IMG/VR virus record: IMGVR_UViG_3300020419_000010
Span: 1-64,000 of that record
Source of the DNA: a virus
Lineage: Duplodnaviria; Caudoviricetes
Strand: one strand, 5' to 3'
Length of the DNA stretch: 64,000 nucleotides
In this document: positions 43,152 to 52,770 of the stretch, in pieces
How positions within the stretch are numbered: the first letter of the stretch is position 1
How the letters are laid out: each line of letters opens with the position of its first letter
The notes under the pieces: generated by a model
Told to the model about the DNA's origin: nothing
Databases searched by the model: none
Seen by the model: only the letters and a program-made list of their open reading frames with translations
Program-made: the position numbers and the translations under genes

Positions 43152-43835
43152 ATGTCTTCACTAATTGCTAACATGCCCGCTGAGGAGGTCTGGGTAAGGA
43201 AAGAATACCTTACTGACTTTAAGAGTGGTCATGGTGAGTTTACCCCTGGTGTGTGGGTATCATGTAAGAGTATGCCTGGTAGAGCATTCTACTTTGAGAC
43301 ATATCTACCTGAGTATGCTGCCATATATGATAAGTTACCTATCAGTGCGTTCGTCAGTCGCCCCGAGACACCTTCTCCTGATATGGATTTACCTAACTTA
43401 CAGTTCTGGAATTGTATGGACTATGGGGTGACTGCTATATGTAAACAGTTTATAGGGAGTATGGATTATGAAATATACAGTAGAGATTATGGGAATATTC
43501 GTGGTAAGTACGTTGTTACACTGGATAATTATCATGATGATATAGATAGAGTCGATTACAGTACTGCTGAGACTCCTGCTGAACACAAGAGTCATAACTT
43601 AATAGAACTTGACAATGGACAGTTTGCATTGTATCCTAATAACAGGATAAGGATATATGATAACTCTCTTACACCTAAACAACCTAAGATGCCAGATTTC
43701 AAAGTGTCTACTAGGATATACAGTGTAGAGAGAGGACACATGGAACGTTATGGAGACACAGATGACTACCACTATGGACTATCAGAGACCGTCAATGGAG
43801 ATGATGAGGAAGACATATTGTCAGTGGGTGGATAG
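43152..43835 (+). CDS. Conserved T4-like phage hypothetical protein
   Basis: VWVRKEYL....GHGEF, LPISAF, EHKSHN.IELDNGQFALYPNNR. Confidence 0.8.
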   Translation: MSSLIANMPAEEVWVRKEYLTDFKSGHGEFTPGVWVSCKSMPGRAFYFETYLPEYAAIYDKLPISAFVSRPETPSPDMDLPNLQFWNCMDYGVTAICKQFIGSMDYEIYSRDYGNIRGKYVVTLDNYHDDIDRVDYSTAETPAEHKSHNLIELDNGQFALYPNNRIRIYDNSLTPKQPKMPDFKVSTRIYSVERGHMERYGDTDDYHYGLSETVNGDDEEDILSVGG

Positions 43836-44298
43836 ACCATGGATTAAGGAGAAGATGAAGGTTGGTGATTGTTATGGTATATGCATGGAGTTCTATGATA
43901 AGTTCTTTGATCTAAACCTGAGAGACTATCCAAATATTAATAGGAAGGCATTGTTTATGCCTGAGTTTATCGCTGATCAGGCAGACAGATGGGAGGATGG
44001 TGTAATACATGTTTATCAGGGAGATAGGGATACACCACCACCTAGTTTAGATGATCTTATGTTTGGTGACATGATGGTCATGAAACTGTACTTAAATCCC
44101 CTACAAGGCGGTTATGCGAGTAAGGATGGGCGAATGTGTAACCACAGTGGCATTTACCTAGGACATGGTTATATGCTCCATCATGCATGGTTAGATCCAA
44201 GTAACATAGTGGACTTAAAGATTGATGGGTATTTGCTGAGGGCAGTAGAACTTGTTCTTAGATCACCACATGTTGCAAACTATACAAATCCTATATAA
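43801..44298 (+). CDS. NlpC/P60-family protein (lambda gpK-like)
   Basis: GDCYG (catalytic Cys) and NHSGIYLGHGYMLHH; probable ATG at 43801. Confidence 0.8.
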   Translation: MMRKTYCQWVDRPWIKEKMKVGDCYGICMEFYDKFFDLNLRDYPNINRKALFMPEFIADQADRWEDGVIHVYQGDRDTPPPSLDDLMFGDMMVMKLYLNPLQGGYASKDGRMCNHSGIYLGHGYMLHHAWLDPSNIVDLKIDGYLLRAVELVLRSPHVANYTNPI

Positions 44299-44489
44299 TG
44301 ATGACACACATTTGTAACAAGAGTATGAGTAGACGATTCACATTACCTGTTGAGGTTGATGATTTCGGTGACATGTCGATAACATTCCCAGCAGAGTTAA
44401 TGACTGAATTGGGATGGTACGAAGGAACCGAGATAGAATATACTGAGGAACTCGACGGAAGTATTATATTAAGAAAAGCAGAAAAATAA
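44298..44489 (+). CDS. AbrB/MazE-like DNA-binding protein
   Basis: GDMSITFPAELMTELGWYEGTEIEY....DGSIILRK swapped-hairpin pattern. Confidence 0.75.
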   Translation: MMTHICNKSMSRRFTLPVEVDDFGDMSITFPAELMTELGWYEGTEIEYTEELDGSIILRKAEK

Positions 44490-44501
44490 CCCCTTAACAT
44501 T

Positions 44502-45170
44502 ATGAAGAGCGTGAGTCAACAGATGCAATGGTTCGGAGTCGAAGCATGTGCAGGGAGAGTAAAATACGATGATCCAAGAATGTATCATTTTAGGAGTTGG
44601 GAACCAAAGACTCCTTTTGCTCCAAGGTTTGATTGCCCGATGTGGTTAGATCAGGTAGAACCAGAGAAATGTAAAAAAATCCTAGAACAATGGGAAGAAG
44701 AAAAACGTCCGTGGGCAACATATAACTTCTTTGACGAGCAAACAGAAAATAACCTCTTACCTGAGATTAGTTTGATGACTGGGGCATTTTGTGATATACT
44801 TGAAGTAGAGATGCCTGAGAACTTATGGGTTCGTGGTTGGATTCATAAATTAACTGTCGGGCAGCACTTGCCAACTCATCATCATAGTATTCATGAGAAT
44901 ACTTTCCTATCGGGTAATATGTTACTTACACATAGTAAGACACCTACTGAGTATTACATTCCTGGGTACTCTCTATATGGTGGTAACCTAACTCCTGCCC
45001 CTATCCCTGGTATGACTACGATCTTCCCTTCTTGGTTAGAACATAAAGTAGGCACAGTCAAGGAAACAAGGATTGCTCTTGCATGGGACATATATACTCA
45101 GGAAGCAATAGACTACTGTAAGAGAAGTTCACCTTCTAATGAAATGATGATGTCTATACCTTTTAACTAA
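44502..45170 (+). CDS. 2OG-Fe(II) oxygenase-like protein (HxH type)
   Basis: RGW, HHH, FLSGN, PG..TIFPSWLEH, RIALAWD. Confidence 0.8.
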   Translation: MKSVSQQMQWFGVEACAGRVKYDDPRMYHFRSWEPKTPFAPRFDCPMWLDQVEPEKCKKILEQWEEEKRPWATYNFFDEQTENNLLPEISLMTGAFCDILEVEMPENLWVRGWIHKLTVGQHLPTHHHSIHENTFLSGNMLLTHSKTPTEYYIPGYSLYGGNLTPAPIPGMTTIFPSWLEHKVGTVKETRIALAWDIYTQEAIDYCKRSSPSNEMMMSIPFN

Positions 45171-45418
45171 TGGATAACGAATTCTTAGACGCATATAAAG
45201 AACACATGGATATGATCTCCAAGGCATTGGAGAACCTTGCTGCTCGTATGCAAACACTAGAAGGTGCTATGGGTCGTATGCCTGCACCTGGGGCAGACAT
45301 GATAAAGTATAAACCAGATGGTTACCAAGATCACCTAAACATTAAGGAAGTGTTAGATGATCTGTATATGCGACTAAATATGTTAGAAGACAGAGTTAAT
45401 CAACACAACATACCTTAG
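45170..45418 (+). CDS. Hypothetical coiled-coil protein
   Basis: 82 aa, TAATG coupling. Confidence 0.7.
   Translation: MDNEFLDAYKEHMDMISKALENLAARMQTLEGAMGRMPAPGADMIKYKPDGYQDHLNIKEVLDDLYMRLNMLEDRVNQHNIP
45373..45380 (+). promoter_or_regulatory. Late-type promoter ACTAAATA
   Basis: Upstream of the 1362-aa structural gene. Confidence 0.5.
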
Positions 45419-48400
45419 TGGCAATATACATCCTCGAAACTGGGAGAGGATTTCCAAATGTAGATGCAGGGGGAGAATATCAACAGACATGGGAACGTCC
45501 ATCGTCTAGTAGATACAAATCACACAAGTTTCATTCGGGACCTGGCACCAACTACAACATAACCTTTAATGACGACGGACCTGGGTCCAGTATCTTCGGT
45601 CAGGACAAGGTGTATTATATTGGGAATCAGGAAGAGATATGTGTAGGTAACTGTGATAATGAAAGAATAGGATTCCATCGCTTCTATCGTGCTGATGGTA
45701 GTAACAGAGATCATAAGTATTCTCCTAACAGTGAACTCAGATATCCAGAAGACTTTCCTGGTGACACAAGAGGAAGTAGAAAGAACTTAGCACACTCATA
45801 TAACAAAGAACCAAGAAACGGTCAAGCAGTATTCTTTATGTCAGGCACTAATGTGTCAGGCACAACTCAACTATACCAATGGTATAACGCAACTCTTAAC
45901 GATAGTGCACTCAGTACAGCAACTTCATACCTAAGTGGGTATGTCAATGTAGGCACAGTTGGATACATTTATACATCTGCATCAAATGCATCGACCTATG
46001 CTGACACTGGTGAGACAGCAGTGCCACTATATGAGTATTATAGAAACACAAATAACAGAAAGAGAGATCACTTCTACACAGCAGACCCAACAGTAGAAGT
46101 AAATTTACAGACAAACGTTGCAGGAGTACCTAATCCAAGAGATCCTCGTGAACAAGAGTATCAGTATGTGGGTATTGTGGGGTATGTCTTTCAAGAAGAC
46201 CTAGGTCAAGGTAACAGAAAGACACTAAGAGACCAAGGAATCATAGGACCAACTGGTTATGGTAGTCCAGTAACCTATGGAACGAGAGCAGGATGGTATA
46301 ATTGGGACGCAACTGGTGCTGGAATCTATACTCAGAAGAATTATGAGTATCAATATGATGCAAATGCTGGTCCACTCAACCCAACTCCGACTCAAAGACG
46401 TAATAATCGGTGGAGAGGAACTCCATCAACCTCTGCATTTCCTAATTTTGGTTGGGGAGATCCAACTCTCTGCCCAAATTTAAACACAGATGCATTATTT
46501 GAGTGGGTCTATGGTAAAAGTGGAGCAGTCAAAGCAGCAGTTCCGAGGTATTTGGAGTTTCATACTCTCTTTGATAGTCAATTTACCTATTATGTGTACG
46601 ATACTTCCTATCCATGGAAGGGTCCTGTCTTCGGAATCCAGTATGCGACGTCAAATCGTAACTGTTGCCCCAATCAATCCTCTGGTGACAACTGTATTTG
46701 TAACGAATCACTCCTTACTTACGACTACTACTCACATTTTTATGAGATTAGAGAGGATTCTTGGAAGACTACACGTTCTAAGATGGCAATTACTGGTGCA
46801 CCTGGCGGAACTGGTGTCAATGAGTCGTTCAAAACTGTTGACACAGACACAAAACGTATACTTTTCCGTTACACATCCAGATTTGGTGACTCATTTAGCG
46901 TAGGTGACACCGTAAATGGGTGGGAAATTAGTGAAGTTGCATATTTTGGTAACAAACTAAGAGCAGGATACATGGAATTGAAGGGAGATGGTAAGATATT
47001 TACTTACAATCAGACAATTACTGCGAATGGAGAGAACGGAAAGACAGCAAATGTGATATGTGGTTATGGAATACAGGACAAAGCAGGGTTCTTTGGAGTA
47101 TATGAGTTCCCTAAACGTATATCTTACTACCGAGTTGAGATAGATAAGACCGCATTGGTCAGTAAACAGTCGATTGATATCGCAGATGTGGAGTGTGAGG
47201 TCAATAAGAACGGAGAAATTCAGTCAATTAAGATAATCAATGGTGGAAGAGGGTATCTAAATCCGAAAATTGTCATAGAAGAACCCGCACAACTCACAGA
47301 AGGTGGTGCGATGGACAATGTAAAAGAGAATATGAGGCAATTAGATGGTTGGGAAGGTGCACCTTTGCGTTCTCCTACCTCTACATTGGACAATCCTGAC
47401 GGAACTAAGCACAATTTTACCTTCAATAGCATCAAAGAGAACCAAAGAGACTCGGAAAGAAGCATAGAATCCGATATGTCGGAGCGTGAAGCGAAGGTTC
47501 CTTATGGAAAAGACTCAAATACACAGATTGTTGGTGCAGATGAAGAACCAGATGTGGATGAAGTCTCCGTATCTATGAACGATAGATCAAAAGTAAGAAC
47601 AATTAGTGCGGAACATAGGAGAAGAGGTAAGTTCAGACAGGCAAAAGTGGAGGTTTTATCCCTAACTGACGACGGAGCGATAGATGAGATCGTGATTAGA
47701 GACCGTGGATTTGGTTATGACACCGATCCTAACCGCAAACCAAAGGTTTGGATCATCCAAACAGAGGATGAGCAGTATAAAATGCGTGGTCCTAATACAA
47801 AAACACAGCAAAAGGAGTTCAAGAACACCATAGATGCTAATGAAAAGACCGAAGACCTTACTGAAAGGATGCGTGGAACTGGTGTAGAACCCTCACAGGG
47901 GTCACAAGAGGTCACTGGTATCAAAGGAGAGGTGCGTACGAAGAGTGGAGCGAAAGAAAATCAACTTTCTATCATGGATGATGGTGTCATGGGGTCATTT
48001 GAAAGCATGATGGAAGGGTTCACTGCTGAATATCCTACTGGATACATCAAGATGACCAGTCCTGACGACGTTGAGAAGACTAAACTCTGTAATAACTTAC
48101 CAGCAGGGTGTGTAAACATCGAAATGCCATCAGTTGTAGGTAAAGCATTGTTCCCAGTAGAGACCGTACAGGGCATTATAGAGGTCAATAGCAGTTTTAA
48201 GAGTGTAATGGAGAATCAATACCCAGAAATGAAACGTGGTGCAACCACATCTGACGATTCTACGTCCTCTCTAAGCGATTTGTACGGGTGGAATAGTGGT
48301 GATGAGTGTATTTCCATAGCCCAACCCAAGTTTAAGACCGTTACACGTCTCCAAGACCTACCTTGTCCCTATGTTGATGATGATACTGGTAAGAACTTTG

Positions 48401-49506
48401 GGTGGATGATCTACAAATACTGTGCAGCAGAGGGTGACAACGCATCATTTAAGGTTTCTTTGTCTGTTGAGGGCAAAACAACAGGTCCACAGGGTGAAGC
48501 ATTCATGGAATTCATGCAAAAGTTGGCAAGACCCCAAGTTCAAGCAACTAGACCTGTGATTGATAGTGGAAATAAGAAGAAAATGTGGAGATGTACTCGT
48601 CAGAACATTGAAGGAAGGTGTTATTGGGCACCTAGCGGAGCAGATGACGTAGTTTTCGTGCCAGTTGGACTTGATGAGAACACTTTTAGTTGGGATGCTG
48701 CTGGTTTTTCGGAAGTACAGCAACTTGAACTCTGGTTAGGCAACAATTTTGTCCATTCTACTAAGAGTGTAACTGGAAGTGGCAACAATTTCTCCCAAAC
48801 CTTCAATGTAATTTCGGTTTCTGCGCTTTCTGGTGGAGTTCCACCTAATGAATGTTGGGATACATACCTTAGACACGGTAATAATGCTAACGGAGTGTTA
48901 GATGTTTACTCTGCGTACTACAATAACAACAATACGCAAGGTAGAACAGCAGGAGGAGGGTACTGGACGAGTAGTGGACTGTACAATGGTTATACTTGCG
49001 GGTCTAGTCCATGCTCAGGAAGTCTGAATTACTCATACGGAACATCTGGATTCAATAATAACAACGCTTGCGGTCTTGAATACGTCAATGACATCTCTGT
49101 TGCTGTTGATCCGCGTATGTTTACGCAACTTGGTATGCGTATGGGACCATATACAGGAACCATGAACGTGAAAAACTGGAACACGGGCTCTAACATCGCA
49201 TTTGGGCAAGCAGTGCAGAATATGGGCAACCCATTTTTCGCAGAATGTGAAGGAGAAGCATTTGGTCAGTCTCCTGCACAGATAAATCCACAACCTCCAC
49301 TAAAAAGACGTCGAGTTCACAAAGCGTCGCATGATCCAGGTGATGCTGAACTGTTAAAATCACAAGCACGCGATATTAACGACCTAGAATTCAGCGATGA
49401 CTCATGGAGAGAAAATTATGATCCTGATTTTGACTATGAAGCAGAAATAGCGAACAATCCAGTTTCTGATTTCTCAACTAACCCCATAACGGACATGACA
49501 CAATAA
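45418..49506 (+). CDS. Large virion/baseplate-associated protein
   Basis: N-terminal repeats (PLYEYY...DHFYT), I.IINGGRGY / IRDRGFGY baseplate-type repeats; immediately upstream of PAAR/gp25/gp6. Confidence 0.65.
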   Translation: MAIYILETGRGFPNVDAGGEYQQTWERPSSSRYKSHKFHSGPGTNYNITFNDDGPGSSIFGQDKVYYIGNQEEICVGNCDNERIGFHRFYRADGSNRDHKYSPNSELRYPEDFPGDTRGSRKNLAHSYNKEPRNGQAVFFMSGTNVSGTTQLYQWYNATLNDSALSTATSYLSGYVNVGTVGYIYTSASNASTYADTGETAVPLYEYYRNTNNRKRDHFYTADPTVEVNLQTNVAGVPNPRDPREQEYQYVGIVGYVFQEDLGQGNRKTLRDQGIIGPTGYGSPVTYGTRAGWYNWDATGAGIYTQKNYEYQYDANAGPLNPTPTQRRNNRWRGTPSTSAFPNFGWGDPTLCPNLNTDALFEWVYGKSGAVKAAVPRYLEFHTLFDSQFTYYVYDTSYPWKGPVFGIQYATSNRNCCPNQSSGDNCICNESLLTYDYYSHFYEIREDSWKTTRSKMAITGAPGGTGVNESFKTVDTDTKRILFRYTSRFGDSFSVGDTVNGWEISEVAYFGNKLRAGYMELKGDGKIFTYNQTITANGENGKTANVICGYGIQDKAGFFGVYEFPKRISYYRVEIDKTALVSKQSIDIADVECEVNKNGEIQSIKIINGGRGYLNPKIVIEEPAQLTEGGAMDNVKENMRQLDGWEGAPLRSPTSTLDNPDGTKHNFTFNSIKENQRDSERSIESDMSEREAKVPYGKDSNTQIVGADEEPDVDEVSVSMNDRSKVRTISAEHRRRGKFRQAKVEVLSLTDDGAIDEIVIRDRGFGYDTDPNRKPKVWIIQTEDEQYKMRGPNTKTQQKEFKNTIDANEKTEDLTERMRGTGVEPSQGSQEVTGIKGEVRTKSGAKENQLSIMDDGVMGSFESMMEGFTAEYPTGYIKMTSPDDVEKTKLCNNLPAGCVNIEMPSVVGKALFPVETVQGIIEVNSSFKSVMENQYPEMKRGATTSDDSTSSLSDLYGWNSGDECISIAQPKFKTVTRLQDLPCPYVDDDTGKNFGWMIYKYCAAEGDNASFKVSLSVEGKTTGPQGEAFMEFMQKLARPQVQATRPVIDSGNKKKMWRCTRQNIEGRCYWAPSGADDVVFVPVGLDENTFSWDAAGFSEVQQLELWLGNNFVHSTKSVTGSGNNFSQTFNVISVSALSGGVPPNECWDTYLRHGNNANGVLDVYSAYYNNNNTQGRTAGGGYWTSSGLYNGYTCGSSPCSGSLNYSYGTSGFNNNNACGLEYVNDISVAVDPRMFTQLGMRMGPYTGTMNVKNWNTGSNIAFGQAVQNMGNPFFAECEGEAFGQSPAQINPQPPLKRRRVHKASHDPGDAELLKSQARDINDLEFSDDSWRENYDPDFDYEAEIANNPVSDFSTNPITDMTQ

Positions 49507-50039
49507 TGGCAGCAGGAATTTTACTACCAGTAGCACCTATTACAGGTTTACCTTGCTCGGGACATGGTATTTGTATCCCAAGTACGGTTCACTCTGTGCA
49601 ATCTTGTGGTTCACCACCTATTCCCTATACTATTAAGATAAAAGAGTGGACATGTTGGTGGCCACCCACTCCATTGGTACCTCTTGGACCACTTAGTCCA
49701 TTGAAAGCAATGGTATTGACCAATGGGTTGCCTACAATGACATTTGGTGATAGATTCATACCACATATTTCACCATGTACCAATATTATCATCTATATGT
49801 GCCCATGTGGTAAATCTTTATGCCCAGTTCCGACTCCAATCCCTTGTAGCATACTTACAACCGAAGATATGGGTGGTGTAGGTCATATGAGAATCTTATT
49901 TGCGACCTCTTTGACTGTATATGTTACTAAGTTACCAATCGGACGTGTTCTAGACCCTCTGGGTGTAGGTACGTTGGCATATAGTTATCCATGTAACAGT
50001 GTGGTTGCATATGGGTCACCAAATGTGCTATCATCATAG
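49506..50039 (+). CDS. PAAR-like spike tip protein (gp5.4-like), Cys-rich
   Basis: CSGHG.C.P, VLTNGLP...GD.F.PH, VYV.KLPIGRV.DPL, GSPNV. Confidence 0.75.
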   Translation: MAAGILLPVAPITGLPCSGHGICIPSTVHSVQSCGSPPIPYTIKIKEWTCWWPPTPLVPLGPLSPLKAMVLTNGLPTMTFGDRFIPHISPCTNIIIYMCPCGKSLCPVPTPIPCSILTTEDMGGVGHMRILFATSLTVYVTKLPIGRVLDPLGVGTLAYSYPCNSVVAYGSPNVLSS

Positions 50040-50058
50040 AATATTGCTTTTTTACTAA

Positions 50059-50211
50059 ATGCCAGTTAGAACAAAGACAGGAAATTTCGGATCTCAGGTA
50101 GTTTCGGACACAGTTCCAAAAAAGACAAGACAGGGACAATCTCAGAATACAAAAATCAGTGCTACGTCGAGAAATAAGGCGAAAAAGAAGTATAGAGGGC
50201 AAGGTCGCTAA
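50059..50211 (+). CDS. Small basic protein (50 aa, not in ORF track)
   Basis: MPVRTKTGNF...PKKTRQG...SATSRNKAKKKYRGQGR. Confidence 0.75.
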   Translation: MPVRTKTGNFGSQVVSDTVPKKTRQGQSQNTKISATSRNKAKKKYRGQGR

Positions 50212-50217
50212 AACTGC

Positions 50218-50225
50218 TATAAATA
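50218..50225 (+). promoter_or_regulatory. T4 late promoter TATAAATA (second ACTAAATA at 50237)
   Basis: Perfect consensus upstream of gp25. Confidence 0.8.
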
Positions 50226-50250
50226 AAACTGTAACGACTAAATAATCGTA

Positions 50251-50664
50251 ATGTCGACATACAGATTCCGATCAGAAAAGTTCTTATCTCGTGGATTCAA
50301 AGATTTAGCGATTTCTTTTGAAGCAAATCCTAATACTAATGATTTCTCAGCAGTAACAAACGAAAATGCTATCAAGCAATCGATTCGGAACCTTGTATTG
50401 ACAAGTTTTGGTGAAAGACCTTTCCAACCGACCATTGGGTCAAGAGTGAGAGGTCTATTATTTGAACCGTTTGATGTTTTCATGTCAGAAGACTTGAAAG
50501 ATGAAATATCAAACACAATAGAACGATTAGAACCAAGAGTAGAGTTGGTTGACGTTGACGTGAGACTTTCTGAGGATGAACATAGTATAGACGTTGGTGT
50601 TGAATATGCCATCGTTGGACAACCACAAACACAAGTGGTTGAATTCCTTTTAGAGAGAACATAA
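50251..50664 (+). CDS. gp25: Baseplate wedge subunit gp25
   Basis: AIKQSIRNLVLT.FGERPFQP.IGS...LLFEP...IERLEPRV. Confidence 0.93.
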   Translation: MSTYRFRSEKFLSRGFKDLAISFEANPNTNDFSAVTNENAIKQSIRNLVLTSFGERPFQPTIGSRVRGLLFEPFDVFMSEDLKDEISNTIERLEPRVELVDVDVRLSEDEHSIDVGVEYAIVGQPQTQVVEFLLERT

Positions 50665-50665
50665 C

Positions 50666-52765
50666 ATGCCTGCCACCCCATCGAATCTAACGTCATTAGA
50701 TTTCTTCGAGATTAAGGAGTCCATTAAGTCATATCTCAGAACAAGACCTGAGTTTAGTGATTATGACTTTGAAGGATCTAGTGCATCATACCTAATAGAC
50801 ACATTAGCGTACAATACTTATTACAGCGCATTCACCGCTAACATGTCGATGAATGAAGCGTTCCTAGAATCAGCGACAGTAAGAGATAATGTTGTAAGAA
50901 TTGCAAAGCAGATAAACTATACACCTAGATCAATAAAGGCAGCAAAAGCATGTGTTCGTATTACTGCACAGGCAGCAGTGTTACCTGGTGCTCAGAGTTA
51001 CCCTGATAGTATTACTATCAAGAAGGGTGATGTGTTTATATCTGAGATCAATGGTGAGACATTTACATATGCTCTTACAAGAGACACACAAGCAACAGTT
51101 GACCAAACTACTGGATTAGCAACATTCTCTCAACTTATAATCTATCAAGGCAACTTTGTTAGTTTCAATTATACAGTTGATGATACTGCTAAGGCAAACT
51201 ATGTAATCCCTGCTGAGGGAGTTGATACTGAGTTACTTACAGTATCTGTAAAACCAAACGAACAGTCTGCTGAGATTGATGAATACTCTCTATCATCAAA
51301 CGTAACAGCATTGACTGCAACTTCTCGTGTTTACTTTTTAGAAGAGACAGAAGATCTTAGATACAAGGTAATATTTGGTGATGGTGTTCTAGGACGTAAG
51401 TTAATTGATAATGAGTTTATTGTATTAGAGTACATTACTACTGACGGACCAAAAGCAAACGGTGCTAATAAGTTTAGTTTCATAGGTCAAGCAGTGGATG
51501 TCACAGGACGTGCTGTACTACCTTCTCAGATGTCCCTAGCAACGATTGACAGCAGTCAAAGTGGCGAGGAGAGAGAATCTGCCCTGTCAGTTAAGTTTCG
51601 CGCTCCTAGGGCATTCTCGACGCAGAACAGAGCAGTTACAGAGAATGACTACGCTCACATTGTTCAAGACATCTATCCCCAGGCAGCAGCAGTAACTGCC
51701 TATGGTGGTGAGAAACTTTCACCCCCTGAGTACGGTAAAGTGTTTATTGCAGTCAGATCAAAGTCTGGTGTAAACTTAAACACTACAACAAAGAAACGTA
51801 TTCAGAATCAACTACTTGCATACTCCATGGCGTCGATTCAACCAGTAGTTGTTGATCCACGCATTTTCTACTTGTCACCTAAGATCTATCCATCATTTGA
51901 TGGTAACAGTACAACAAGGTCTGCTAACGAATTAGCATCTGCTATTTTAAAGTCAGTTGATAAGTTTAACTCACAGAATAGAGATGACAGATTTAGTGGT
52001 CGTCTTGAAATGTCAAAATTTAATAGTATGATTGACTCTGCTGATAATGCTATCGCTGGTACAACGACACAGATGTCTATTGGTCAGAATTTAGACCAGT
52101 TTACATTTGGTAACGTATTTACCCAGTGTCTTGACTTTGGTAATGTACTAACAGACCCTAGTTCATTAGGTGGTGGTGATGGTGCTGATTGTGATCCTAA
52201 GTTCTCATCTGTTAAGTCTGGTTCATTCTATGCAACTGGTTATACAGAGGAAGTAGCAGACTTAATTGCTGCTGGTGAAGCAGCGGGATCCCTTACTACG
52301 TCTCAACAGTCAAGTGGTCTTGAAGCAGCAGTATTTAATGGCACCCTAGTAGAATCAAGTACATTAGTACCAGTAAATCTTCGTGATGATGGAAAAGGTA
52401 ACTTATTGATGGTTACTAATAGAAATGAAAAAGAGGTCATCCTTTCTTCATCAGTTGGAACAGTAGATTACTCAACTGGAAAAGTCTGTGCTGGACCGCT
52501 AAATATTGCAGATACCCCTGACAGTACAACTCGTGTTCCTATTGTAGTATTACCTGACGGTGATGGATTAACAATCCCACCAGGTGTCGATCCTACGTTA
52601 TTTGATCCGAAAGTTTTCCCTGTTGATTATATTACTAACCCATCAAACGTAAGTGGGTTTGATCCTTACAACTTTGGTGGTTGGAACTATGGTGGAGGCA
52701 CCATAAATACAATTAATTACCCGATAGATGCGTTTACCTATCCAGAAATCGACTCCTGTTTCTAA
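50666..52765 (+). CDS. gp6: Baseplate wedge subunit gp6
   Basis: LDF.EIK..IK.YL....EFSDYDFEGS, LAYNTYY, FGDGVLG, QNRAVT.NDY, YGKVFIAV. Confidence 0.93.
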   Translation: MPATPSNLTSLDFFEIKESIKSYLRTRPEFSDYDFEGSSASYLIDTLAYNTYYSAFTANMSMNEAFLESATVRDNVVRIAKQINYTPRSIKAAKACVRITAQAAVLPGAQSYPDSITIKKGDVFISEINGETFTYALTRDTQATVDQTTGLATFSQLIIYQGNFVSFNYTVDDTAKANYVIPAEGVDTELLTVSVKPNEQSAEIDEYSLSSNVTALTATSRVYFLEETEDLRYKVIFGDGVLGRKLIDNEFIVLEYITTDGPKANGANKFSFIGQAVDVTGRAVLPSQMSLATIDSSQSGEERESALSVKFRAPRAFSTQNRAVTENDYAHIVQDIYPQAAAVTAYGGEKLSPPEYGKVFIAVRSKSGVNLNTTTKKRIQNQLLAYSMASIQPVVVDPRIFYLSPKIYPSFDGNSTTRSANELASAILKSVDKFNSQNRDDRFSGRLEMSKFNSMIDSADNAIAGTTTQMSIGQNLDQFTFGNVFTQCLDFGNVLTDPSSLGGGDGADCDPKFSSVKSGSFYATGYTEEVADLIAAGEAAGSLTTSQQSSGLEAAVFNGTLVESSTLVPVNLRDDGKGNLLMVTNRNEKEVILSSSVGTVDYSTGKVCAGPLNIADTPDSTTRVPIVVLPDGDGLTIPPGVDPTLFDPKVFPVDYITNPSNVSGFDPYNFGGWNYGGGTINTINYPIDAFTYPEIDSCF

Positions 52766-52770
52766 ATTAG

